In this document: positions 9,797 to 20,019 of the stretch, one piece after another | Position numbering within the stretch: position 1 is the first letter of the stretch | Layout of the letters: every line of letters starts with the position of its first letter | NCBI GenBank assembly: GCA_034189385.1 | Contig: JAXHVD010000013.1 | Span: 1-64,000 of the forward strand | DNA length: 64,000 nucleotides | Source: Thermodesulfobacteriota bacterium | Lineage (GTDB): Bacteria; Desulfobacterota; Desulfobacteria; Desulfobacterales; C00003060 | Direction: 5' to 3' | Made by a program: the position numbers and the translations under genes | Notes under the pieces: generated by a model | Seen by the model: the letters and a program-made list of their open reading frames with translations, nothing else | Told to the model about the DNA's origin: nothing | Database searches by the model: none

Positions 9797-10264
9797 ATGC
9801 AAGTGCAGAAGGTCGATGTAAACCCGGACGGTACAGCAGTGGTCAATTGCCCCTACTGTGGGACTACGAAAGTCGTACATGTGGGCAAGTTCAAAGGTCC
9901 AAAAAGGCGCATCAAGATACGGTGTGTCTGTAATTCGTCTTTGTCCGTCACCTTTGAATTCAGGAAGGCCTACCGAAAAAAGATAAGTCTTCAGGGTTTT
10001 TATGCGAAGGTTCGGCCCGCCCAAGCCCCGGACAAGATGGAAATAAAAGACCTGTCCATGACAGGTCTCCGCTTCGTTACGACCAGCTCCCACGCGCTCA
10101 GAGAGGGAGACGAGGTGATGGTGAGATTCACCCTAGATGATAAAAACCGCTCCAAAATCGAGAAAAAGGCGGTTGTGAGATGGGTTCAGGACAAGGAAGT
10201 AGGTTGCCGTTTTTCAGAATCCGTTCAATATGACAAAGCCTTGGGCTTTTATCTCATGGCCTAG
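9797..10264 (+). CDS. Zn-ribbon + PilZ domain protein (c-di-GMP receptor)
   Basis: CPYC...CVC N-terminus; PilZ RxxxR (RKAYR) and DxSxxG (DLSMTG). Confidence 0.85.
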   Translation: MQVQKVDVNPDGTAVVNCPYCGTTKVVHVGKFKGPKRRIKIRCVCNSSLSVTFEFRKAYRKKISLQGFYAKVRPAQAPDKMEIKDLSMTGLRFVTTSSHALREGDEVMVRFTLDDKNRSKIEKKAVVRWVQDKEVGCRFSESVQYDKALGFYLMA

Positions 10265-10310
10265 GCCAGCAGAGGCCCGTGAGATGCTCGCCACTGCTGG
10301 AAATAAGTCT

Positions 10311-11762
10311 TCACACCAGAAACTCCGCCGGCTGGATTCCCAGAGTGGAAGGATGAAAGGTCGCCTTCACGTTTCTTCGAAAGGCCCCGGTTTTCGGATG
10401 CCGTTCAGCCAAGTTCACGGTTTTTCCCTTCTTGAATCCCCCCTTGCCGTCAGACGCTAACAGCAAGACCTGTGGGCGTCCGCGATCTGACTCTCCAGGT
10501 GTCCCGTTTACCAAGCCCACTTCACCGGTGTCCAGTCGCAACACGGTCCCCATGGGGTAGATGCCAAGCATGTTGACAAAGACCTTCAAAAGAATGGGGT
10601 CAAAATCTTTTCCGGCCCCTTTCAGCATGATGCCTAAGGTACGATCAGGGCTAACCAGCCTAGGACGATATACCCGGGCGGACGTCATGGCATCGTAGAC
10701 GTCAGCGATGGCCAGTATTCGTCCAAATAGGCTGACCGGTTTCTTCCTATAGGCCCGCGGGTAACCCGAGAGATCGTATTTCAGATGATGTTCGAAAGGG
10801 GGTAGCACGATCTTGGCCTTGAGGCTTGAAGAAGCCCGCAGTCTGATGATTTGACGCACGCTACTCAAGGGATGCTTTTCTATTTCCTTAATCTCTTCCT
10901 TAGTCAACTTTCCAGACTTGTTAAGGATCTCATAGGGCACCTCTACCTTCCCCAAATCATGAACGAGACCACAGATTCCGAGTCTCCTCAAAGAGAGGCG
11001 AGAAAGTCCCATGCGCTTCCCCAGACACAGGGCCAGTATGGCCACGTTCACGGAGTGGGTGTACGTGTAGTCATGATAGTCTCGAATCGTGCTCATCCCC
11101 AGGATGACAGACTCATCTTCCATGAGGAGATCGACCATGTTCTGAACAATCCGCTTGACTTTGCTAACGCCGGCCCGGCCCTCGGTCGTTATTTTTTGGC
11201 TGACTTCCTTGAGTGAGCTAAGGGCGTGAGAGTAAGTCCTTCGGGCGATCTTCTTCCGTTCAAGGATCCGTTCCTGTTCACCTGCTGCCGGTCCACTGAT
11301 AATCTCCGCCCACGGGAATTCTCCTGCATCTCTTTGCTCGAGCAGCCAGGCTAACGGATCCTCTTGCTTTTCAGCATCGTTTAGGACATGGGCAAACGCC
11401 AGGATCTGGTCAAGGGACGCATCCTTGATGTCGGAGTCGAAGCGGAGGCCTCGCAGCCCCCGTAGCTGAAAGAAGTTCATCATCTCGTGGACAAGGTAGA
11501 CGGTCTCCCTAGGGTAGTGCAATTTCTCCTCTTCCAGGAAGAATCTGCCCCGAGAAACCTGAATCGTCAAATGGGCCTCATCCTTGCACCACTGGGCGAC
11601 AGAGGTAGCAAAGTCTTTGGTGCACTCTATGAGTAACTTATTGTTATCTGGATGGGTCTTGACCGTTTGTACAAGTCTATAGAAGGCCCTGAGAAACTTG
11701 ATCCCAAAGAGATCCCGTTTCCTCTTTAGCTGCTTATCCGAAGGGCTGCTTCCGATGGTCAT
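10311..11762 (-). CDS. HD-GYP domain protein (putative cyclic dinucleotide phosphodiesterase)
   Basis: YTYTHSVNV, HDLGK, HHLKYDLSGYP, IADVYDAMTSAR, FDP motifs. Confidence 0.88.
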   Translation of the reverse strand: MTIGSSPSDKQLKRKRDLFGIKFLRAFYRLVQTVKTHPDNNKLLIECTKDFATSVAQWCKDEAHLTIQVSRGRFFLEEEKLHYPRETVYLVHEMMNFFQLRGLRGLRFDSDIKDASLDQILAFAHVLNDAEKQEDPLAWLLEQRDAGEFPWAEIISGPAAGEQERILERKKIARRTYSHALSSLKEVSQKITTEGRAGVSKVKRIVQNMVDLLMEDESVILGMSTIRDYHDYTYTHSVNVAILALCLGKRMGLSRLSLRRLGICGLVHDLGKVEVPYEILNKSGKLTKEEIKEIEKHPLSSVRQIIRLRASSSLKAKIVLPPFEHHLKYDLSGYPRAYRKKPVSLFGRILAIADVYDAMTSARVYRPRLVSPDRTLGIMLKGAGKDFDPILLKVFVNMLGIYPMGTVLRLDTGEVGLVNGTPGESDRGRPQVLLLASDGKGGFKKGKTVNLAERHPKTGAFRRNVKATFHPSTLGIQPAEFLV

Positions 11763-13480
11763 TTTTCCTCCTGTGCAGCCTTTCGATAGGCCCGCCGTAT
11801 GGGGGGGGACAAGCTGCGAGAGGCCTTCTCAAGGATCTCCTTGGCCTCGTCGTTTCCCAGTTCCATGAGAGAGATAGCCGCACCCTGACGATGGATGGAT
11901 CTGCCGAACCCTGGCATCCAACCCTGACCCATAAGGACGGCTTGCAAGACCGGAACCGAACGGGAGGAGCCACAGCGACCGAGGGCCCTAAAACAGGCCA
12001 GGACCTGTTCTCTGTCATTGTGCCGAAACTGTCCCTGTTGCATGTAGTCCAGCAGGAGGCCCTCAGCCCGCTCGCTCCTGCGTCGTCCCAAGTACTCGAA
12101 CATCACCTGACGAACGGAATCACTGGTATCGTCAATAAGTGGGAACAACTTTTCAAGGATCTCGGGACCCAGGTTTCGGGCTACCAAGAATCTAAGGGCA
12201 AGGTCCCGCACCCTTTCTGAAGAATGGCCTACCATTTTGAGCAGGAGTAGGGTAGATTCCTTGTTTTTCAGAGTTCCCAGTACGTTGACTAGCCTCTGGA
12301 CCATGAAGACCTCTGGACGGCGCAGCAGACGCTTTAGGGGTCCTATATCCCTCTTCGCTTGGATGGCAATGATCTCCATAAACTCCCTTCGGGCGCTTGA
12401 AGAACGGAGCTGCAGCAACATGGGGCCGAGAGCCAACATGCTCTCTGCGGGCAGAAGCAGCAGAACTTGCCTTAGCAGCGTCATCTGTTCTGCGTCTAGC
12501 ATATCCAGACTGGGCCAAGACTGGGAAAGGACACCTAGGACCTGGGGGCTTGAGATGCCGAGGAAAAACTTGTGCAATAATGGCAGAGCCCAAGGCTTTT
12601 TGGCTTTGAAAGCCTGACGACTCTCATATAAGGCCGTCAGGAGCTCCAGGGCAAACAGGAATTCTCTTTGTGCCAGTGTATGCTGGAATTCATCCTGCAG
12701 GAAATCAAGGAGGGTCGAGAGGTCTTCTTCGTTTCGCTGGTCGTGGAGGACGATCAGCAACATATCCAGGACGTCTTGCAAGGTGTCCCGCTTCTCCTCC
12801 TCGTGGATCATCTCGCGAAGTTGCCTCATCTCCTCGGCTGTCAGTTTCCAGAGCGGACTCTCCTTGGGTGGAGGGAGTATCTCCTGTTCTGGTTCCTCCT
12901 TGTCCAGGTCGATGTCCTGGGTTTCCTCTTCCCTCACCCTTAGGACGGATAAGTCAATGAGCGGTTCGGCCTCCCAGTATACGTCTATCGCCTTGTATTT
13001 CAAATGTGGGAAATCGGCCTCCCAAAGGGCTGTTACCAAATCTCCCTCAGCGTCTTCTGTCGCTTCCCGGTATTTGTTGACAATTCTGATGAGACCATTG
13101 ATCTCCTCTATGGCGAGGCCTTTGCGAAATTCCAACCACTGGATGCCGTCTCTAAATAGGAGTAGGCCCAAGTTCCCTTCGTCCCTTTCGCCATGGTGGA
13201 CGACCTCGCCTCGAAAGAGGAGACGAACCATCTCCACATCAAACCTGAGCTTGTCGTGGTTTTTAAAGAAGGTATCTAGGCGGCCTGCGGCTGTCGTGAC
13301 AGACTTTTGGCAAGCGGGGTGGTTTTCCGGATAGAAACCGTAATTCTTGATCGCCCTGAGAAAGGAGGTGATCACCTCTTTTGCAGCCCGAAGCTCCTCT
13401 GATGTTGGGCCCTCTTCTAGACTCTCCCCCAGGAACTCTAAATCTTCACCTGTTAATGGTTCCATCATGCCATTTCTCAC
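11759..13480 (-). CDS. HEAT-repeat protein, translationally coupled to HD-GYP
   Basis: Leu-rich helical repeats in C-terminal half; N-terminal FYPENHP domain resembles the HD-GYP N-terminus; 4-nt overlap. Confidence 0.75.
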   Translation of the reverse strand: MRNGMMEPLTGEDLEFLGESLEEGPTSEELRAAKEVITSFLRAIKNYGFYPENHPACQKSVTTAAGRLDTFFKNHDKLRFDVEMVRLLFRGEVVHHGERDEGNLGLLLFRDGIQWLEFRKGLAIEEINGLIRIVNKYREATEDAEGDLVTALWEADFPHLKYKAIDVYWEAEPLIDLSVLRVREEETQDIDLDKEEPEQEILPPPKESPLWKLTAEEMRQLREMIHEEEKRDTLQDVLDMLLIVLHDQRNEEDLSTLLDFLQDEFQHTLAQREFLFALELLTALYESRQAFKAKKPWALPLLHKFFLGISSPQVLGVLSQSWPSLDMLDAEQMTLLRQVLLLLPAESMLALGPMLLQLRSSSARREFMEIIAIQAKRDIGPLKRLLRRPEVFMVQRLVNVLGTLKNKESTLLLLKMVGHSSERVRDLALRFLVARNLGPEILEKLFPLIDDTSDSVRQVMFEYLGRRRSERAEGLLLDYMQQGQFRHNDREQVLACFRALGRCGSSRSVPVLQAVLMGQGWMPGFGRSIHRQGAAISLMELGNDEAKEILEKASRSLSPPIRRAYRKAAQEEK

Positions 13481-13522
13481 GGTGGATGGGTAGCCGACAG
13501 AAGAATCCCCCCTTATTGGGCG

Positions 13523-14860
13523 TCAGGAATGCTTCTCTGCCAGCTGGATAACCTTGTCGACTACTTCCTTTGGGGTCCTGCCGAGGACCCGGATCATGGG
13601 CTCCTTACCAATCTCGCCGCGGTCGTAGATCATGTCCGGGATCTGGAACGTCTGGGAAAGCACTGCCTCCGTCCCCCACTCCAAGGTGCCTCCTTCGCGT
13701 TTCTTGACATGCTTTGGTTCATGAGCACGATCAAAAGATCGCACCTCCCAGCCTAAGGCTTGGCACTGACGGACCTTTGCCTCTGAAAACCGGATGTTCA
13801 TGGCCGAGCGAAAGGCTGGATCGTACCGCATGGCGGTGAGGATGATGGAAGCGATGTGTCTGGATGCCCCAAAACGGGGGCTGCTCACCGCCATGATCTT
13901 CTCTCCCAGCTTCACCAGTCTGCCTGGGAAGGCAGCCACATCGGCGTGGGTTTCTGCAAAGGGGAGGGCATAACCGAGATTTGATTGCACCTCTGGCATC
14001 AGGTCCCCCGGACAGGCCTGCTGGAGGCGAGCCAGACTTGAGTTCAAGGCCTCGATGACGCCGTACTTCTCTTGGTCTTTTTGAAAGGGGGCATAGATGT
14101 TTGTGGGGCCATGTCCCTTGCCTAGGGGCAGTGGAGCGCCTATAGCCCTATGGATAAAATCCTTCGCCCCTGTCACGGCCTCTTTGATCTCAGACCCCCT
14201 GGCAAGGTATGTGGCAATGGCGGCAGAATAGACGCACCCTGTGCCATGGGTGTGGGGTGTGCGGATACGGTCTTTTTCAAATACAAAAAAGTCCTTGCCA
14301 TCGTACAGTATGTCTTTGGCAGGGCCTTTTAAGTGGCCCCCTTTTATCAGCACGTGTTTGGGCCCTAGGGCCTGTATGGCCCGTGCTGCTTCATATATGT
14401 CGCCTTCCTTTTCGATGGACCTCTTTGAAAGGACCTCTGCCTCTGGTATATTTGGTGTTACCACATAGGCCATAGGAAGAAGCTGCTTGATGAGAGTGCT
14501 TCTGGCCTCTTCGACTAGTAGGAGATCGCCCCCCTTTGCCACCATGACAGGATCCACTACCAGCCTTTCCATGCCGTAAGTCCGCAGTTGATGAGCGACG
14601 ATTTCAATGGCAGGGACATCAAAGAGCATCCCGGTTTTTGCTGCATCTGCCCCGATATCTGAAAGCACCGTCTGTAGCTGCTCGTCAATGAAGGAAGGGG
14701 GCACTGGGTGGATCGCCCTGACTTCCACCGTGTTTTGTGCTGTCAGGGCGGTGAGCACGCTCATGGCAAAACCGCCAAGAAGGGTGATGGTCTTCACATC
14801 GGCCTGTATCCCGGCGCCACCGCCTGAATCCGAGCCGGCAATGGTGAGGATGCGCTTCAT
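13523..14860 (-). CDS. thiD: Hydroxymethylpyrimidine/phosphomethylpyrimidine kinase ThiD fused to ThiN-type thiamine-phosphate synthase domain
   Basis: [25 protein letters not shown]-terminal PEVQSN...FGASRH...RSAMNIR...GKEPMIR; start moved to MKRIL. Confidence 0.92.
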   Translation of the reverse strand: MKRILTIAGSDSGGGAGIQADVKTITLLGGFAMSVLTALTAQNTVEVRAIHPVPPSFIDEQLQTVLSDIGADAAKTGMLFDVPAIEIVAHQLRTYGMERLVVDPVMVAKGGDLLLVEEARSTLIKQLLPMAYVVTPNIPEAEVLSKRSIEKEGDIYEAARAIQALGPKHVLIKGGHLKGPAKDILYDGKDFFVFEKDRIRTPHTHGTGCVYSAAIATYLARGSEIKEAVTGAKDFIHRAIGAPLPLGKGHGPTNIYAPFQKDQEKYGVIEALNSSLARLQQACPGDLMPEVQSNLGYALPFAETHADVAAFPGRLVKLGEKIMAVSSPRFGASRHIASIILTAMRYDPAFRSAMNIRFSEAKVRQCQALGWEVRSFDRAHEPKHVKKREGGTLEWGTEAVLSQTFQIPDMIYDRGEIGKEPMIRVLGRTPKEVVDKVIQLAEKHS

Positions 14861-15081
14861 TTGAGGCGAAACATCTACTCCTTTCTCCCCCCCGGAAAAG
14901 AAGTCTTGACCGTGATCGGCCCAAGTTGCGGTTTTGCTGAGTCTTTCAAGGCAAAGCAAAATGCTACCTTCTGGGGAGTCGATTGGTAGTCAATAGGTGA
15001 ACCATGCCAAAAGGCCTCATGAGCATTTGGTATAAGAGTACTTTCGTGCGGAGATAGTGTCAATGAAAATAAAGCATTAGC

Positions 15082-15110
15082 TTGACTTTCGGGTTGACAT
15101 TTCCTAGTAT
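15082..15110 (+). promoter_or_regulatory. Sigma70-type promoter upstream of mlaE
   Basis: TTGACT-17 nt-TAGTAT; predicted +1 falls at about the ATG at 15117. Confidence 0.5.
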
Positions 15111-15116
15111 CCGCCA

Positions 15117-15926
15117 ATGTTCGACAGCTACTCCAGTACGAAACCTGTTGCGTCTCTGACCAGCTTCATGGAGACCCTCGGCCGCAGCCTCATCCGGTTT
15201 ATCGAGGAGTTTGGGCTTATCCTATTCATGTTGTCGTCCGCACTCCTCTGGATGGTGCGCCCGCCCCTGCGCGTTCGGGCCATCTTCAAGCAGATGGAGT
15301 TTGTGGGCGTGAACTCCTGGCTTGTTGTCCTTCTGACGGGCATCTTCACGGGCGGTGTGCTGGCGCTGCAGGCGTTCCATGGATTTCGCCTGTTTAGCGC
15401 CGAGAGCCTGGTGGGGTCCACGGTGGCCCTGGCCATCACCCGGGAACTAGGCCCAGTTCTCACCTCTCTCATGGTGACAGGGCGGGCCGGTTCTGCCATG
15501 GCTGCAGAATTGGGGACCATGCGTGTAACCGAGCAGATTGATGCCCTTTATGCCATGGCATGCGATCCGATTAAGTACCTGGTCGTGCCCCGTATTATTG
15601 CTGGGGTGCTGATGCTCCCAGTGCTGACGATTATTGCAGATTTTGTCGGAATTATAGGGGGGTATTTGGTCGGAGTAGGGCTGTTGAACATCAACTCAGG
15701 TATCTACGTGGCCAAAATGATAGAGATTGTTGAGTTGGATGACATCTTCAACGGCCTTGTCAAGGCCGCTTGTTTTGGGCTCATCCTATCGCTGGTGGGT
15801 TGCTACAAAGGCTTTTATGCCACGGGCGGGGCTGAAGGCGTGGGGAAAGCCACGACACAGGCCGTGGTCATATCTTCTGTGTCTATTTTGATCAGCGACT
15901 ACTTCTTGACGGCAGCTATGTTTTGA
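15117..15926 (+). CDS. mlaE: MlaE family ABC permease
   Basis: RELGPVLTSLMVTGRAGSAMAAELGTMRVTEQIDAL; GGAEGVGKATT. Confidence 0.95.
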   Translation: MFDSYSSTKPVASLTSFMETLGRSLIRFIEEFGLILFMLSSALLWMVRPPLRVRAIFKQMEFVGVNSWLVVLLTGIFTGGVLALQAFHGFRLFSAESLVGSTVALAITRELGPVLTSLMVTGRAGSAMAAELGTMRVTEQIDALYAMACDPIKYLVVPRIIAGVLMLPVLTIIADFVGIIGGYLVGVGLLNINSGIYVAKMIEIVELDDIFNGLVKAACFGLILSLVGCYKGFYATGGAEGVGKATTQAVVISSVSILISDYFLTAAMF

Positions 15927-16096
15927 TGAAATCGCCAAAAGTCCCCTTTGCTCTTTCCAGGAGTATTTGCGCCTGTGGGCTTGAGAAGAGACGGGGGCAC
16001 TTAGAATGTTCAGTTGAAATGCTAGGACTCGGGCCGACGCACTCACATCGACAACCGCTTCATGTTTTTTGCAAAAGACCTTGTGCAAAACGGTCA
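15923..16096. mobile_element. MITE-like element, family C, within mla operon
   Basis: Starts TTGATGAAATCGCCAAAAGTCC, ends GACCTTGTGCAAAACGGTCA; shares TTTGCGCCYGTGGGCTTGAGAAGAGA with 63421-63687. Confidence 0.7.
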
Positions 16097-16223
16097 TATG
16101 TTGATGATGTGAGTTTGGCAGGCCATTGAGATTTGAGCGTTGCAGAAGGTTGGGGGAAGGTCCTTGTGTGGAGAGGGTGGGGCACATGCCCCATAAGAGG
16201 ATAGAGCAACGGGAGCCGTTCTT

Positions 16224-16973
16224 GTGATCAAGCTGCTTGATGTGTGCAAGGCGTTCAAGGGCCACAAGGTTTTAGATGGAGTGAACCTTGAGGTTGAGCC
16301 TGGCAAGATCACTGCCATTATTGGGCAAAGTGGCGGGGGGAAAAGCGTGCTGCTCAAGCACATGATCGGACTGATAAGACCGGACAGGGGGGAGGTCCAG
16401 GTGGAAGGCATCAACATTTCTCGCCTGAATGACCGCGAACTCAATGAAGCCAGGAAGGACTTTGGCATGCTCTTTCAAGATGCTGCCTTGTTTGATTCCA
16501 TGACGGTGGGGGAAAATGTGGCCTTCCCGCTCCAGGAGCATACCCGGCTTCCGAAGGGGGAGATTGAAGAGATCGTCCAGCAGAAACTCCTTCAGGTGGG
16601 CCTAAAGGACGTGGCCCACAAGATGCCTTCGGAGTTGAGCGGTGGCATGCGAAAACGCGTAGGGCTTGCCCGGGCCATTGCCCTTGACCCCAAGATCATC
16701 CTTTTTGACGAGCCCACTACCGGCCTTGATCCCATCATGGCCGATGCCATTGACCGCCTCATTGTGGAGACCCAGAGACAGACCAGGGCCACCTGTGCGG
16801 TGATCAGCCATGACATTGCGTCCACCTTTAAGATTGCCCACACGGTAGCCATGCTCTATGAGGGCAAGATTGTTGAAATCGGCTCACCTGCATCTGTACG
16901 GCAGTCGAAGAACCCGGCTTTACAGCAGTTTATACAGGGAAAGGCCGAAGGGCCCATTCACATAGGGTGCTAA
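16224..16973 (+). CDS. mlaF: MlaF family ABC ATP-binding protein
   Basis: GQSGGGKS, LFQDAALFDS, LSGGMRKRVGLARA, FDEPTTGLDP. Confidence 0.95.
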   Translation: MIKLLDVCKAFKGHKVLDGVNLEVEPGKITAIIGQSGGGKSVLLKHMIGLIRPDRGEVQVEGINISRLNDRELNEARKDFGMLFQDAALFDSMTVGENVAFPLQEHTRLPKGEIEEIVQQKLLQVGLKDVAHKMPSELSGGMRKRVGLARAIALDPKIILFDEPTTGLDPIMADAIDRLIVETQRQTRATCAVISHDIASTFKIAHTVAMLYEGKIVEIGSPASVRQSKNPALQQFIQGKAEGPIHIGC

Positions 16974-16979
16974 GAGGTC

Positions 16980-18371
16980 ATGACAAAGCTTAGTATTGAG
17001 GCCAAGGTAGGTTTCTTTGTGCTTCTCAGCATCTTGGCGCTGGCTTATATGTCCATGAGAATAGGCGGGTTCAAATACGCGGCTCACGGGGGGTATGAGT
17101 TGTATGGCTATTTTGACTCTGCCGAGGGCCTCGTTCCAGGAGTACCGGTGGAAATAGCTGGCGTTGAGGTGGGTCGGGTAAAGGAGATCGCCCTGGAAGA
17201 TGGCAAGGCGAAGGTGACTCTCGAGTTCAACCCTGATGTGACAATCGGAGAAGATGTGGAAGCCGCCATTCGCACCAAAGGCGTGCTGGGGGACAAATAC
17301 GTGGAAGTGATCTTGGGTGCGTTGGACGCCGCTCCATTGAAGCCAGGTGGCCGTATTGGGCGAACCATTTCTCCAGCCAACATAGACACCTTGTTGAAAC
17401 AACTGAGCGCCATTGGCAAGGACCTTCAGGGGATTACAGGTTCCCTATCAGGAGTCCTGGGCGGAGAGGCGGGGGAGGAGTCTGTGATGCTCATTGTCCA
17501 GAACCTTCGAGATCTGGCTACGACCCTTAACAAGACAGTGCAGGGAAACCAGGAAAACATCAACCGGATACTGGACAACCTCACGGTCTTTTCCAGGGAT
17601 CTCAGAGAGATAAGCAGCACGAACAAGGAAGGTTTGAGAGAGGTTGTAGCCAACTTCAGAAAGCTTTCACAGGACCTGGGAGAGACGATCGTGGCGGTGA
17701 AGCGGATTACGGAAAAAATTGACCGGGGTGAAGGCACTATCGGTAAGCTCATACAGGAAGATGAAACGGTGGATAACATCAATACCGCCCTCATAAGTCT
17801 CAATGATTATCTCGAAGAAAAGGACAGGTTTCGTACCTATGTTGACTACCGGGGAGAGTATCTCTGTGACAGTCAAGACGTGAAGTCATACGTGTCTCTT
17901 ACGATTCAACCCAAAGAGGACAAGTACTACATGTTGCAGGTGGTGGACGACCCGGCTGGAGATATTGATGAAACGGTGACCACCAAGACGGTGAACGGGA
18001 TTTCTACTACGGAACACAGGGAAAAGATCGATAAAGACAAGCTCAAGTTCTCTGCCCAGATTGCAAAACGTTACTATGATCTGGGACTTCGAGCAGGAAT
18101 CTTCGAGTCAAAAGGCGGGATAGGTGCTGACTACTACTTCCTGGACGACAGCTTGGTGCTGTCTATGGAGGCTTTTGATTTTGACGAAGACGACAAGCCC
18201 CACTTGAAGTTCAAGGTAGACTTTACCCCATTTCAATACTTGTACATGACCGCAGGCTTTGACGATTTCGTAAGCGATGATGACAAGGAATCTTTTTTTG
18301 TGGGAGGAGGCCTCCATTTTTCCGATGAAGACTTAAAGACCTTGCTTCAGGGGGCTCCCATTCCCAGGTAG
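16980..18371 (+). CDS. mlaD: MlaD/MCE family protein with long helical region and beta-rich C-terminal domain
   Basis: N-terminal TM anchor, MCE motif (GL..G.PV..AGVEVGRV; GVLGDKYVE), GEGTIGKL. Confidence 0.88.
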   Translation: MTKLSIEAKVGFFVLLSILALAYMSMRIGGFKYAAHGGYELYGYFDSAEGLVPGVPVEIAGVEVGRVKEIALEDGKAKVTLEFNPDVTIGEDVEAAIRTKGVLGDKYVEVILGALDAAPLKPGGRIGRTISPANIDTLLKQLSAIGKDLQGITGSLSGVLGGEAGEESVMLIVQNLRDLATTLNKTVQGNQENINRILDNLTVFSRDLREISSTNKEGLREVVANFRKLSQDLGETIVAVKRITEKIDRGEGTIGKLIQEDETVDNINTALISLNDYLEEKDRFRTYVDYRGEYLCDSQDVKSYVSLTIQPKEDKYYMLQVVDDPAGDIDETVTTKTVNGISTTEHREKIDKDKLKFSAQIAKRYYDLGLRAGIFESKGGIGADYYFLDDSLVLSMEAFDFDEDDKPHLKFKVDFTPFQYLYMTAGFDDFVSDDDKESFFVGGGLHFSDEDLKTLLQGAPIPR

Positions 18372-18526
18372 TTTCCATGGGCAGCGCCTATCATTGACTC
18401 CTTACATCTGCCTTTGGTAGACAATCCTTAACACTTCGATCTGGCTGGCATCTCTCACAAGAGGTGCCCGAGAACATGCTCATGAAGAAGCTTTCACGAG
18501 CCTACGAATGCTGGCGAGCAGAGTAG

Positions 18527-19948
18527 ATGGAAACAAAGAACATAGAGCGATTAAAGCCTTTTAAGCTCGTCAAGTACTTCACCTTTACCAGCCTCATTGT
18601 GATCCTTGTGGGTACCTTGGCCCTGTCTATGGTGATTGCCCGTCGGGCCGAGACAGTGCTCATAAAGAAGAGTGAAGAGTATGCGCTGCTCATGGCCGAA
18701 AACCTGAACCATCAGGTCTTTGTCCAGTTTATTATCCCTGCGGCCCTTCAATTTGGACAAGTCATTCAACTCAGAAATGAAGTGCTCTTCGAACGTTTGG
18801 ACCAGGTGGTAAGGAATACACTTCACAGTTTTAGTGTGGAGAAGGTCAATATCTTTGCCAAGGAAAAGAATGTGATCTTCTATAGTTTCGACAAAGAGCT
18901 CCTGGGAGAAGAAGACTTGGGGGGAAGGGACTATCTGCAAGCCCTGGAGGGCGAGTCAAGCTCTAAGCTGATTCGAAAAGGCGGCTTCTGGAGGATGCTT
19001 GTCGGGGTTCCCAAAGAAAGGAAGCTTCGCACCTATGTCCCCTTGAGGGCAGAAAAGCCCCTGTCGAATATTGAAGGTCCCATACTCGGGGTTTTTGAAA
19101 TTGTCCAGGACCTTTCCGGGGACTACAGGACCATCGCCCAGTTCAAGCTGAGGGTCATTGTTACCTCCATTGCGATTATGGGGCTCCTCTTTGTTGTGCT
19201 GCGCCACATTGTGAAACGGGGCGAGAAGATCATTGAAAAACGGGCCGAGGAACGGCTCTTGCTGAAACAGAAATTGAACCAAGCCGAGCATCTTGCCCGC
19301 CTTGGTGAAATGGTCGCGGCCGTATCTCACGAGGTCCGAACGCCTCTTGGGATTATTAGCAGCACGGCAGAACTCCTGAAGCGGAAGTTAAACCGCACGG
19401 ATTCCCAGGATCAGCTTGCAGATGTGATCGTCGAAGAGGCGAACCGTCTGAATGGCATTGTCTCGGATTTCTTAAACTTTGCACGACCGGTCACACCAAA
19501 CCTGATACCTTGTAACGTGGCAAGCGTCCTTGATAAGAACCTAAGTTTTCTGGCCCCGCAGATCAACAGCCAGGGCTACAAGATTGAGAAGCGATTTGCC
19601 GACGAGGTGCCTGACATACAAGCGGACCCCGGAATGCTCTACCGGGCCTTTTTGAACATCTTGGTGAATGCCATGCAGGCAATGCCCAAAGGGGGCACCA
19701 TAGATATTGAACTGGACAACAGGGCTGACACGGTGGCCATCGTGTTCTCCGATGGAGGAAAGGGGATTCCTGCGGAAGCTCTGGACAAGATCTGGGATCC
19801 ATTTTTTACGACAAGAGACAAGGGAAGTGGCTTGGGCCTGGCCATTGTGAGAAAAATAGTGGAGGGCCATGGTGGCACGGTCCACATAGAAAACGGCAAG
19901 GACCGTGGGGCCCAGGTCACGGTTACCTTGCCCATAGGGAAGGTGTGA
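18527..19948 (+). CDS. Membrane sensor histidine kinase (NtrB-like)
   Basis: Two TM helices; H-box VSHEVRTPL; N, G1 (DGGKGI), F (PFFTT), G2 (GSGLGL) boxes. Confidence 0.95.
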   Translation: METKNIERLKPFKLVKYFTFTSLIVILVGTLALSMVIARRAETVLIKKSEEYALLMAENLNHQVFVQFIIPAALQFGQVIQLRNEVLFERLDQVVRNTLHSFSVEKVNIFAKEKNVIFYSFDKELLGEEDLGGRDYLQALEGESSSKLIRKGGFWRMLVGVPKERKLRTYVPLRAEKPLSNIEGPILGVFEIVQDLSGDYRTIAQFKLRVIVTSIAIMGLLFVVLRHIVKRGEKIIEKRAEERLLLKQKLNQAEHLARLGEMVAAVSHEVRTPLGIISSTAELLKRKLNRTDSQDQLADVIVEEANRLNGIVSDFLNFARPVTPNLIPCNVASVLDKNLSFLAPQINSQGYKIEKRFADEVPDIQADPGMLYRAFLNILVNAMQAMPKGGTIDIELDNRADTVAIVFSDGGKGIPAEALDKIWDPFFTTRDKGSGLGLAIVRKIVEGHGGTVHIENGKDRGAQVTVTLPIGKV

Positions 19949-20019
19949 GGGTTTTGTTGTGCAGATCAGATCGGCCTGGAGGCGGGCAGGCATTGGAGGA
20001 AAACGCATAGGGGCGAACC

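Noticed and set aside
14861..15060. TPP riboswitch upstream of thiD
   Set aside because: Conserved TPP aptamer motifs (GCTGAGA, CCTGA...ATxC...CGxAGG) were not found on the minus strand.
15923..16129. Similar short ORFs at 15923-16129 and 63363-63635 as a protein family
   Set aside because: The similarity is explained by the shared family C repeat DNA bounded by inverted ends.
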